This document shows positions 1-8,642 of a stretch of 64,000 nt of DNA, one piece after another; the stretch's first letter is position 1; the number at the start of each line of letters is the position of its first letter. The stretch comes from an uncultured Poribacteria bacterium (GTDB lineage: Bacteria > Poribacteria > WGA-4E > WGA-3G). Under the pieces are notes generated by a model. It was given only the letters and a program-made list of their open reading frames with translations, was not told where the DNA came from and did no database searches. The stretch spans positions 3,552,001-3,616,000 of the forward strand of contig CATQHZ020000001.1 in NCBI GenBank assembly GCA_958296135.2. Reading direction: 5' to 3'. The translations under genes and the position numbers were made by a program.

Positions 1-431
1 CCGTAAAAAGATTCCGTCATCCGCGTCGCATCGGGCAGCTGGCTCTGGAATTCCGCCTGGTTCACCGTTCTTCGGCTGATTTTTTCGTTCCGCTGCTTTG
101 CATACTCGGCGTAAGTCAAGACATCCCCGCTCTGGTAGAGCGGTTTGCTCACATAAGCGGCCTCGCACTCCTTGATATAGGTATCGTCAATATCGCGCAG
201 TGGCTGCGCAGCGTTGGTGAAAAGTAGGTTTGTCACGTAGGCGTTGACACGCCGAATGTCCTCGGATTCCATGTAGGTGGTATAGGTATCTTTACCGGTT
301 CTGAGGCGGAACATGCTGCCAGACACATCGTAGATGACGATGATGTGTTTGGCATTCGCAACAGACGTAAAACCTATCATAAAAACGAGCAAAACAGCGA
401 GGCATGCGGCGTAACGCGATAAATTCTTCAT
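1..431 (-). CDS. Exported vWA-domain protein (partial, runs off the left edge)
   Basis: Not in the ORF track; translated by hand from ATG at 431: MKNLSRYAACLAVLLVFMIGFTSVANA-KHIIVIYDVSGSMFRL... Signal peptide followed by the DxSxS MIDAS motif; starts 1 nt after the upstream stop. Confidence 0.75.
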   Translation of the reverse strand, partial: MKNLSRYAACLAVLLVFMIGFTSVANAKHIIVIYDVSGSMFRLRTGKDTYTTYMESEDIRRVNAYVTNLLFTNAAQPLRDIDDTYIKECEAAYVSKPLYQSGDVLTYAEYAKQRNEKISRRTVNQAEFQSQLPDATRMTESFY

Positions 432-432
432 C

Positions 433-1830
433 TCAATCTCCTAATAAATTCAGGCAAACCAACCGGTCTTTGCACAGAATAAACAGTTTGTCACCATATT
501 GAATAGGCGCAGCAACAGGAACAGGATTATCCGGCATCCCCATCGCCAACGCTTGATGCGACACGGTGTAAGTCGGTTCAAGTTCCTGGAGAGTCAATCC
601 AGATGAATGCGCCGAATAAATTCGGTTGTTCACCGCAATTGAACGGTGTGGGACAAACCTCTGCAACATGTTGCCGCTCCCCAGGTGGCTCTCCGAGGCC
701 AAATCGATATCGCCATCAATGTTGATATGATAGGTATACCGTTTCTGCCCCGATTGATCGGAGAGGAACAGTCGCCTGCCATCGGTGAGCGGCGGATGAA
801 CAAAGAGTTTCAGGTGTTGTGCCACATTTGACACTGCGTCTAAGGTTGCCACCTGCGACAGTCGTTTGGTTCGCGGTTCATAACGCGCGAGACTGCGCCT
901 TCCATTGCTGGTGCTCACTGCTTCAAAATAGACGCTACCGCCGAGCGAGATGGGTGCGGAAAACGATTGAGCTTTAAAGGACTTCGCTTGATAACGTTTG
1001 CTTCCAAGGTTCAGAGCAAAAATATGGCCGCGCTTGGAGGTGAAAACGACAGACTCGCCACAAAGCGTCGGAGACATGGGTTCGTTTTCCGCGTTGAAGA
1101 AATCGTGAGGGACGTAGTCTCTGTCGCGGCTAGTCAGTTCTAACAACAATACGCCTTGTTGCAGTCCGGCAATCATCGTCTGTCTGCCTGCCACATCGCA
1201 TTTTAGCGGTGCGCATTCAGGCAGCGGTTCAATCTGGGCGGCATCCAGTCCCTTTATCTCAACGGGTTCCGATTTTCCATCCAAAACCGACGTTTTGTGA
1301 ATACCGCCGGAAACCACGTAATAGAGATGGAGCCCGTGATAGACAGGCGTGCATCCATGCGTCAACGGCGCGTTGAAGGGAATGCTCCATTGACGCGAGA
1401 GATGCCGCTGCTCTGGATGCTTTGCAACCGTATAAGCATCTAAACGTTGTGCTTCAGGATTCGGCACAACGATGAGTCCATCAACGGCGAGTAGCCCCGG
1501 CAAGCTTTCACCGGTTTCTATCTTGGGGATTTCCGCTGCTCCGGAAAAGAACCCACAACTGTCCAAGAGTTGGGGCCCAGTGGGTTCTCCCATCTGCAGC
1601 GTTGCGGTCCGCTGCGGATTGGCATAAGCCATCTCCCACGCCGCCGGTCTCCTGAGTTTTTTCCCGCACTGCGTGCAAAAGCGGGCGAACGCGCGGTTCC
1701 AATGGCCTTCAGGACATAGGCAGGCAACCGTGGCGCACTGCTGACAATACGCCACGGTTGGGGTTTTTCTGTCATTCGCTGCAGGCAAATCGCAGGCACT
1801 CTTTTGGCTTGCAGTAGGACAGTTCGTCAT
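433..1830 (-). CDS. N-terminal Zn-ribbon plus PQQ-like beta-propeller protein
   Basis: CQQC...CPEGH...CTQC, then W-x-M-x-x-x-NPQRT and repeated blade motifs (TPVYHG, SPTLCG, SAPISLGG, APIQYGDKLFI); ATGA overlap with the upstream gene. Confidence 0.65.
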   Translation of the reverse strand: MTNCPTASQKSACDLPAANDRKTPTVAYCQQCATVACLCPEGHWNRAFARFCTQCGKKLRRPAAWEMAYANPQRTATLQMGEPTGPQLLDSCGFFSGAAEIPKIETGESLPGLLAVDGLIVVPNPEAQRLDAYTVAKHPEQRHLSRQWSIPFNAPLTHGCTPVYHGLHLYYVVSGGIHKTSVLDGKSEPVEIKGLDAAQIEPLPECAPLKCDVAGRQTMIAGLQQGVLLLELTSRDRDYVPHDFFNAENEPMSPTLCGESVVFTSKRGHIFALNLGSKRYQAKSFKAQSFSAPISLGGSVYFEAVSTSNGRRSLARYEPRTKRLSQVATLDAVSNVAQHLKLFVHPPLTDGRRLFLSDQSGQKRYTYHINIDGDIDLASESHLGSGNMLQRFVPHRSIAVNNRIYSAHSSGLTLQELEPTYTVSHQALAMGMPDNPVPVAAPIQYGDKLFILCKDRLVCLNLLGD

Positions 1831-2474
1831 TCCGCTCCCTCCGGTTCCGTTTCTGAGTAGACGAGTACAATCTCAATTCGGCGGTTTTTCGCGCGGCCTA
1901 CCTCAGTCCAATTTGAGGCAACCGGATGGTATTCTCCATACCCGGTCGCGATGAGTGTGCGCGCATCGATGCCGACTTCATCAACGAAAAGCCGTAAAAC
2001 AGCAATGGCACGAGCCGAGGAGAGCTCCCAGTTCGATGGAAATTGCTCTGTCTCAATCGGAATGTTGTCAGTATGGCCGTTGATTTGCACGCGTTGATAT
2101 AACCGCTGGTTTTTCTCATCAGTTTCATAACGCTGCAATAACCTTCCGACGGTAGCGAGGGTCGTCTGTCCGAGAGGTTGCAACTCTGCCTCAGCCGTGT
2201 GAAAGAGGATCCTGTCGCTAAAACTGAACCGCTGCAGATTCCCATCGCGCTCAATTGCAATGGTGCCATCTGCTATCTCCGCTTCAAATTCTTTCGCAAA
2301 CGCTGCCTGGATAGTCTCCTGCTTTTTCTCCATCCGGATTTTCAGAATCAGTTTGCTGTTGGCAATAAACTGAATGAAAAGGAAGAACAGGAAGATGAGC
2401 AGCATCGCGATGGCCACATCGGTAAAAGCGGGCCAGATATTCAGAACGGATTTTTGCCGCATGCGTAGATCCAT
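1827..2474 (-). CDS. ZorB/MotB-like protein (TM helix plus OmpA-like peptidoglycan-binding domain)
   Basis: WPAFTD-TM with the conserved Asp, GHTD, NWELSSARA, NRRIEI; start placed at ATG 2474. Confidence 0.85.
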   Translation of the reverse strand: MDLRMRQKSVLNIWPAFTDVAIAMLLIFLFFLFIQFIANSKLILKIRMEKKQETIQAAFAKEFEAEIADGTIAIERDGNLQRFSFSDRILFHTAEAELQPLGQTTLATVGRLLQRYETDEKNQRLYQRVQINGHTDNIPIETEQFPSNWELSSARAIAVLRLFVDEVGIDARTLIATGYGEYHPVASNWTEVGRAKNRRIEIVLVYSETEPEGAE

Positions 2475-2488
2475 CGAAATCTTCCTTG

Positions 2489-4513
2489 TCACTTCTCGCC
2501 ACGGAACCACCGGCGGATTCCGGAAATCCAACGGGATACCCCAGGTTGACGCATCGTGTTGTTCAGTTCGTCTAGTTTTAGAGAAATTTGCTGCAACAAC
2601 TCAACCAGGTCTCCGGTTGGAAGAGCCGTAGGCGGCGGCACTCTCGGGTCCGATGGTTTTGAATTCGCCGCAACCCTTCGGACAAGCTCAACAAGCTCTT
2701 GAATGTGTTGATTCTGCTCGTTAGCCAGTCTGCCGTATCCATTCAGATGGCCTTCAATCCGTCCAAACATCTGATGCTGTGCATCCAAGGCCGAACCAAT
2801 CTGCAACTCCTCCGCAATCCGTCGAAGCAGCTGGTTCTGCACATCAAGTGCCGAACCAATCTGCAACTCGCCTAAGAATTGTTGGAGCACCTGAAGCATT
2901 TCCTGCTGATAAGCCTCAATGGACTGAAAGGACTGCCCGAGTTGTTGTCCATTTGTATCAAGCTGTTGCTGAATTCGCTCGAACGCCTGATTCTGTGCCT
3001 CAATTGCCGAGCGGATTTTCAACTCGTCTGCCAGTTGCGTCAGGACATGCACCACATTTTGCTGCTGCCCTGTGATGTCACGAATCTCGGAGAGCAAGGT
3101 ATCGGAAAGGTTCTTAAGGAGCTCGGCTTGTGAGTCCTGATACTCACGCAGTGCCGCTTGCGATGCCTCCCTTTCTTCCATTACCAATTCCATCAGGACA
3201 CGCACCATATCCTGATGCCGCTCTGAAACGGTGTGAATTTGGGATTGCAAGGCAGTGGAGAGCGTGTCAATGAGCTCGGCTTGTGAGTCCTGATACTCAC
3301 GCATTGCCGCTTGCGATGCCTCCCTTTCTTCCGTTACCAATTCCATTAGGACACGCACCATATCCTGCTGCCGCTCTGAAACGGCGTGAATTTGGGATTG
3401 CAAGGCAGTAGAGAACTTGTCAATGAGCTCGGATTGCGATGCCTGATACGCTCGAATCGCCTCTTGCAACGCCGTGCTCTCGTCTTCTAGCCGCGGCACC
3501 GACTCTTCTAGGACTCGGTTCAGCGCGTCTTGATAGCCGCCAATTTCAGCCATTGACTGCGCTGTCATTGCCTTAAAGGTATCAACAGCGGAGGTGATTA
3601 GCAGCTGATACTCGTTGATTCCACCTAAACTTTTCAGGAGATTCTCCGAGGTTTCGTCAAACTTGAATGCCAATATCTGTTGCTGCTCAAGATGTCCACC
3701 CCATGAAGTATCGGTGAGTTGCTCAATCGCCCGCCGCATCGCGGCAACATTTTCATCCGTGGCGAACTTCAACATGTCGGTGCACTCGGAGAGTCGCTGA
3801 ACAGCAGACTCAATTGACGCTTCTGGCGTTTGCGTGAAATGCGGCAATATAACAGTTGATACGAATTCCTCAAGTGCAGTGAGAAAAAACGATTGCACCC
3901 GACTAAAGCCTAAGCCGACAAGGCCTAAAACGAGTGACGTTAGCAAACCCGTTAACGTGGTAACGAATGCCGTGCTCATGCCGCCGACGGTGAGTTCCAG
4001 CGTCTTAGATATCTCAGCAAGTTTGTCAAAATCGTCGATGCCTGTCACAATGGGACGCACTTGGATGAGTGCCGTAATTAAACCCCATAATGTTCCCACC
4101 AAACCGAGGATAATCAGGATGCCGAGGATATGGCTGGCGAAACTGGCCCTTCGGCTCTCTTTGCCGGTGAGAATGTCAGCGAGGGCATCGTTATCAATTT
4201 GCCCACCGCTGTCTCTAATTTGGAGCAAAGCCCCGATGCGCCGATAGATAATGCTTCGAGGCCAAACCTTCGCCTCGTCGAGCCTCTTAAGCAAATGAGA
4301 GACATCCCCGAACCCATGATTGAGCGTAAAATAGGTCCGGACGCGCCTCAGATTTTCCCACTGCCATCCTATCCACGCCATCTGCAAAAGATAATTGATA
4401 ACACCAATTGCAAAGAAGCCGCAAATTGCCCATACGATGCTTCTACCGGTTGCATCGTCAAGACTAAAAATAAATTGGAACAATTCTCCCACGCTGTTAT
4501 CTCCATCAGGCAA
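2489..4513 (-). CDS. ZorA-like MotA/TolQ/ExbB protein with long helical tail
   Basis: Three TM segments including LGLVGTLWGL and GMSTAFVTTLTGL, followed by a ~450-aa Q/E-rich helical tail. Confidence 0.8.
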   Translation of the reverse strand: MPDGDNSVGELFQFIFSLDDATGRSIVWAICGFFAIGVINYLLQMAWIGWQWENLRRVRTYFTLNHGFGDVSHLLKRLDEAKVWPRSIIYRRIGALLQIRDSGGQIDNDALADILTGKESRRASFASHILGILIILGLVGTLWGLITALIQVRPIVTGIDDFDKLAEISKTLELTVGGMSTAFVTTLTGLLTSLVLGLVGLGFSRVQSFFLTALEEFVSTVILPHFTQTPEASIESAVQRLSECTDMLKFATDENVAAMRRAIEQLTDTSWGGHLEQQQILAFKFDETSENLLKSLGGINEYQLLITSAVDTFKAMTAQSMAEIGGYQDALNRVLEESVPRLEDESTALQEAIRAYQASQSELIDKFSTALQSQIHAVSERQQDMVRVLMELVTEEREASQAAMREYQDSQAELIDTLSTALQSQIHTVSERHQDMVRVLMELVMEEREASQAALREYQDSQAELLKNLSDTLLSEIRDITGQQQNVVHVLTQLADELKIRSAIEAQNQAFERIQQQLDTNGQQLGQSFQSIEAYQQEMLQVLQQFLGELQIGSALDVQNQLLRRIAEELQIGSALDAQHQMFGRIEGHLNGYGRLANEQNQHIQELVELVRRVAANSKPSDPRVPPPTALPTGDLVELLQQISLKLDELNNTMRQPGVSRWISGIRRWFRGEK
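3121..3430. repeat. 153-bp (51-aa) intragenic tandem repeat
   Basis: gctcggcttgtgagtcctgatactcacgca at 3121 and 3274; protein unit ELIDxxSTALQSQIHxVSERxQDMVRVLMELVxEEREASQAAxREYQDSQA. Confidence 0.9.
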
Positions 4514-4807
4514 AAACTATTAAGACTTATCAGCAAAGCATACCAAATTCCGCCAAAAAAGTCAAATTCACTTTTAGTTGTGGTCCTGCATTGACCTTTT
4601 GGGTTGCTGCTGGAGCCCTGTGACACTAAGGTTTTCGCAAAAGTGCAGGACTCACTAACTTTTTTTTGCGATTTTTCAATTGGTTTTGTTAAGGCGGTTG
4701 CAGCGTTGTGTCACAGGGGTTTCTCGTGCCTTGCGACAATTTGGATAAGGTCAATTTCGGTTAAGAAATTGACCTTTGGGTTAAAAATAGTTTCATGAAC
4801 GCCTGTG

Positions 4808-5200
4808 CTACAGGGGTTCGTCGGCTTCGGCGAATTTTTGGTTGAACTCCCAGAGTTGCAGGACGGCTTGCCATTCGTCGTATTGCTGAAAGACGTATGG
4901 TTCTTCATTCTTGAGTTTGATATCCGCGCTTCCTTCGGTGTCGGTTCCGATGTCTGCTTGCGGATAGGGTTCGTCGGAGCAGTGTCCGAAGATGCTTGCA
5001 TCGCCGATGGAGGTTTGCCTGTCCTCGCTGAGGAATCGTTGCTGGCCCGGGTCATAGTGGTATTCGGGTGGTTTTTCTGCTTCTTGTTGCAGGACGTTTG
5101 CGTATCGAAACCATCCGAATGAATTGCTTTTGGTCCACCGGTTCGTGTTTATGCGTGGAAGAGGGTTTCTCTCTCCCGCGCGCCGGTAATGGTACTGCAG
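4808..5200 (-). pseudogene. Start-less open frame, possible gene remnant
   Basis: Stop-free frame ...WFRYANVLQQEAEKPPEYHYDPG...WQAVLQLWEFNQKFAEADEPL* with no start codon; its 5' end runs into a palindromic repeat. Confidence 0.3.
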
Positions 5201-5204
5201 ACAT

Positions 5205-5227
5205 CGAGACCGGGAGGTCTCTCCTAC
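5205..5227 (-). repeat. GTAG palindromic repeat, family R3 (GTAGGAGAGACCTCCCGGTCTCG)
   Basis: Identical 23-mer at 29331-29353; one-mismatch copy at 8555-8577. Confidence 0.85.
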
Positions 5228-5265
5228 CGGACCTTCGCGCGATGGTGAGGGCCGGGGTGGTGGCC

Positions 5266-6054
5266 CTATCTTTTGAGCTGGGCGATGGCCTCCTCCACGC
5301 GCCGTATTCGAATCTCTGTAGGGAATGGATCTGTAAGTGCCAGACCCAATTGTTTCTCCAATTTTGGCAGGATGATGTGTTTGACGATACCGTCTAACTC
5401 CACCCGGTGCCGGGCCCCGATATGGCCCAAGACATGAGGGGCAACATACACGCCCATGGCCTCATCGTCCTCTTCGTCCAGATAGGGGAGGAGGTAGGGG
5501 ACAACGGGCGGCCCCATGGCGATGAGGGCTTCGCGGACAGGGGCAGTTCCTATGTTACCCCCACACTCATAAGCGACGAGGGTTTCGATGGACCGCGGGT
5601 CGCGGAGATAGGCGAGTTCGTCTAGCAAGTCGCCGATTTCTTCTGCATGGGCCTCGCTCTCAAGATAGTCAACTATCGGTGTCAATTGTTGGACGAGCCC
5701 TGCGGTTCGGGGGTCTGCGTTGCCGCCCCAGGCGAAGGGGTTGTCGGCGATTTCGTCAAGTTTGGCCCAGGCCTTGGCGATGGGGTCGTCTGCATCGAGT
5801 TCGTCGAGGTTGCCGGGTTTGACGAGTTCTGGCAGTTCAATATGTTGTTGCCAGTCGACGCTGGGTATCAGGTCGCCGGTGTCGTCATGTGCATCGTCGT
5901 CGGGTTTCCCGTGGCCGCCGGGTTGTTCGTCGGCGGCGGGTGGCACGGGGAGTGCTGCGTCGAATTGTGCTTTTTGCCATTCGGCATAGAAGTAGAGGGC
6001 AAGGCAGAGGGCGAGCAGGAGGCAGAAGCTGCTGATGATAGTTTTGGCGTTCAT
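5266..6054 (-). CDS. Membrane-anchored hypothetical protein with HEAT-like helical C-terminus
   Basis: N-terminal TM, acidic linker, LAYLRDPRSIETL / ALIAMGPPVVPYLL motifs; GGAG RBS. Confidence 0.6.
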   Translation of the reverse strand: MNAKTIISSFCLLLALCLALYFYAEWQKAQFDAALPVPPAADEQPGGHGKPDDDAHDDTGDLIPSVDWQQHIELPELVKPGNLDELDADDPIAKAWAKLDEIADNPFAWGGNADPRTAGLVQQLTPIVDYLESEAHAEEIGDLLDELAYLRDPRSIETLVAYECGGNIGTAPVREALIAMGPPVVPYLLPYLDEEDDEAMGVYVAPHVLGHIGARHRVELDGIVKHIILPKLEKQLGLALTDPFPTEIRIRRVEEAIAQLKR

Positions 6055-6087
6055 GAGGGTTCTCCTCGTTTTATGGCAATCAAGTAT

Positions 6088-6208
6088 CGAGCCGCGGGAG
6101 GGCTCTCCTACAAGGCTTCGAGACCTTTTGGCTCTCCTACCGAAGGGGAGTCGAGACGCAGGAGGGCTCTCCTACCGAACGCATCGAGACCTTTTGTCTC
6201 TCCTACGG
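6088..6208 (-). repeat. Cluster of four R3-like GTAG repeats
   Basis: Four units of the form cgag...ctctcctac. Confidence 0.75.
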
Positions 6209-6260
6209 GACTCAGCTTCATCTCGGGTGCGGGGAGATGAAGAGGTGTTGTTCGGATGAT

Positions 6261-6509
6261 TCACGCGTGAGTCATCCGGTTGTCCTTTTCAAGGATGACC
6301 TGTTTGGGTTCCGACGAGGTGGAAGGGGACATCGCTTTTGTGTTCGGGCTTCCAACCGAGGGTCGGCTTTTTAGTTTGCCGGCGTTGCTTTGTGCTAAGA
6401 CTGCGCGCACGGCAGTTTCGTGAGAAATGCCGTGTTGACGATACCGGGCAAGGGCAGCATCATAGGCGGTTATCGCTTTATGGTTTGGTTTGATGTTCCA
6501 TGTTGGCAT
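6261..6509 (-). pseudogene. N-terminal remnant of a restriction-modification enzyme, paralogous to 36589..39669
   Basis: MPTWNIKPNHKAITAYDAALARYRQHGISHETAVR aligns with MQALNLNPNSRAVRDYYATLRQYATHSISHEGAVS, then diverges. Confidence 0.7.
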
Positions 6510-6702
6510 AAGATTTAGTGTAGCATATTTTGCACGAGAATTGCAAGAAAATTGTCTGACTCAGGATTTGCAGGATGAACGGGACTTAGGGTTGGCGCGC
6601 TGCGGAAGTGGCGGCGGCCGGGCGAAAGACAGGCCCTCACCCTACGGTAATGATGAAGGAAGCAACCTGAAAACGAGAGGGTTCTGACAATTGAAAAAAG
6701 AT

Positions 6703-6731
6703 TTGACATATTTCGCGAAATGTAGTATAAT
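6703..6731 (+). promoter_or_regulatory. Consensus sigma70 promoter
   Basis: TTGACA-17-TATAAT; the spacer contains the palindrome ATTTCGCGAAAT. Confidence 0.85.
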
Positions 6732-6813
6732 TAACAATACTTTTCAACAGTAGGAAACGCGGGAAGGAAACCGATTTCTCTACCGCACCTGCTGAAAACT
6801 ATAGGAGACATTT

Positions 6814-8424
6814 ATGAACACTAAATATAGCGCAGTGCAGGCACGCGCATTTTCAATTGTCACGGCAATGGTTGTCGTGTTGTTTTCACTCTCGGCAGTC
6901 TTGCTGTCCGGGTGTGAACGGATGACGGAAGTGGTGGCACCACCGGATACCACCGCGACCACGTTAAAGGTTGGCGTGATTCAGCCGTCAAAGTATTATA
7001 CCTCTTTCACCAAAGGTGCGGAACTCGCCCGCGCCGAAATCAACACAGCGGGCGGTGTCCTCGGCATGCAGGTGGCATTTGTCTATCGGGATAACCAGAC
7101 TTCTCCGGACATGTTTCCCACGCCGGAGGCAACTATCCAAGTCGCCACAGAGCTCGTTGAAACAGAGAAAGTCGCGGCGATATTAGGCCCGATTTTCTCA
7201 ACGAACGCGCTGCCACTGGCCCCGGTTGTTGAGATTCCGACACTCACCGCTGCAACGGATGCAAGCGTGACACAGGCAGGCGAGTTTATCTTTATCGTCA
7301 GTGCCCCGAACAGGTTGCACGCGCAAGCCATAGCGGAATTCGCCGCGAATGAGCTCGGCGCAAAAACGGCCGCCACGATTCACCAAGATGGCGATGTCTA
7401 CTCCATAGGACACGTCAACGCGTTCAATATGCGTTTCAAGGCACTCGGTGGAGACATCGCTGTCGCCGATGTTTATCAATCTGGCGACACCGACTTTAGC
7501 GCGCAACTCGCGAAAGTGAAAGCAGCGGCACCGGACGTACTCCTGCTCTCCAGTTGGGCACCCGAAGTGCCCTTGTTGATCAAACAAGCCAAGGAGATGG
7601 AGATTCCTGCAACCCCCATCGGCGGCGATGGATGGGCAGATCCTGCGCTATTTTTCAACACGCTGGAAGATAACACGCCGTTAGACGGAAGTTACTTCAC
7701 ATCCGAACTTTACGACACGACAAATGCGCCGCCAAGCACGCAAACATTTGTCGCAGCCTATACCGAAATGTACGGGATAGCCCCCGATGGTGTGGCAGCG
7801 TCAGGCTATGACGCTATGAAACTCTTGGCCATAGGGATTGAACAAGCAGCATCAACAGAGCCCATCGCCGTGCGCGATGCAGTCGCCGGCATAACCGACT
7901 ACGCTGGGGCCACGCTCATCTCTCGTTACGATGAAAACCGCAACCCTGTCAAAACCCTGAGTGGCGTTTTGGAAATTCGTGACGGGAAAGTCCAACCCTA
8001 CGCCGCAATACCAGAAACGGATACGATGCCGACAGATGAAACATCTGATGCAGGGGACATGACGACAGATACGCCCGCAACGACAGATGAAACCACCGAT
8101 GCGATGGATGCTGACGATGCAGGGGAGATGGATCCCGAGATGACCGCGCCAGAGGCAGAAGATATGAAGACTGATGCCGATGCCGATGCCGCAGACCCGA
8201 AGGATAAGACCGGGGATGGGGATGCTGATGAGGCAGGGAAGACGGATCCCGAGATGACCGCGCCAGAGGCAGAAGATATGAAGCCTGATGCCGATGCAGA
8301 TGCCGCAGACCCGAAGGATAAGACCGGGGATGGGGATGCTGATGAGGCAGGGAAGACGGATCCCGAGATGACCGCGCCAGAGGCAGAAGATATGAAGCCT
8401 GATGACGCAGACCTGAAGAAATAA
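6814..8424 (+). CDS. LivJ/LivK-type ABC substrate-binding lipoprotein with acidic repeat tail
   Basis: LSGC lipobox, EINTAGGVLG, TDFSAQLAKVKAAAPD, GYDA; GGAG RBS. Confidence 0.85.
   Translation: MNTKYSAVQARAFSIVTAMVVVLFSLSAVLLSGCERMTEVVAPPDTTATTLKVGVIQPSKYYTSFTKGAELARAEINTAGGVLGMQVAFVYRDNQTSPDMFPTPEATIQVATELVETEKVAAILGPIFSTNALPLAPVVEIPTLTAATDASVTQAGEFIFIVSAPNRLHAQAIAEFAANELGAKTAATIHQDGDVYSIGHVNAFNMRFKALGGDIAVADVYQSGDTDFSAQLAKVKAAAPDVLLLSSWAPEVPLLIKQAKEMEIPATPIGGDGWADPALFFNTLEDNTPLDGSYFTSELYDTTNAPPSTQTFVAAYTEMYGIAPDGVAASGYDAMKLLAIGIEQAASTEPIAVRDAVAGITDYAGATLISRYDENRNPVKTLSGVLEIRDGKVQPYAAIPETDTMPTDETSDAGDMTTDTPATTDETTDAMDADDAGEMDPEMTAPEAEDMKTDADADAADPKDKTGDGDADEAGKTDPEMTAPEAEDMKPDADADAADPKDKTGDGDADEAGKTDPEMTAPEAEDMKPDDADLKK
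8131..8403 (+). repeat. 114-bp (38-aa) intragenic tandem repeat, about 2.4 copies
   Basis: gatcccgagatgaccgcgccagaggcagaagatatgaag at 8131, 8245 and 8359. Confidence 0.95.
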
Positions 8425-8452
8425 GTCCGGGGATTCCTCTGAGACAGAAAAG

Positions 8453-8635
8453 GCGGTAGGCGCGCCCACCCTATCTCGATTTCTTGCGGTAGGCGCGCCC
8501 ACCCTGTCTCGATTGCCTGCGGTAGGCGCGCCCACCCTGTCTCGATTGCCTGCGGTAGGAGAGACCTCCTGGTCTCGATTTCTTGCAGTCTTGATTTCTT
8601 GCGGCAGGCGCGCCCCCCCTGTCTCGATTTCTTGC
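8453..8635 (+). repeat. Tandem array of 33-bp GTAG repeats between convergent genes
   Basis: gcggtaggcgcgcccaccctRtctcgatt at 8453, 8486, 8519, with variants at 8552 and about 8601. Confidence 0.9.
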
Positions 8636-8642
8636 TCGGTTT

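Noticed and set aside
1827-4513. Flagellar motAB or exbBD/tolQR
   Set aside because: No flagellar or tonB genes nearby, the A subunit has a very long tail, and the B subunit carries an OmpA-like rather than ExbD domain.
8453-8635. 33-bp periodic array as a CRISPR array
   Set aside because: Units are contiguous with no unique spacers, there are no cas genes, and the motif belongs to the dispersed GTAG repeats.
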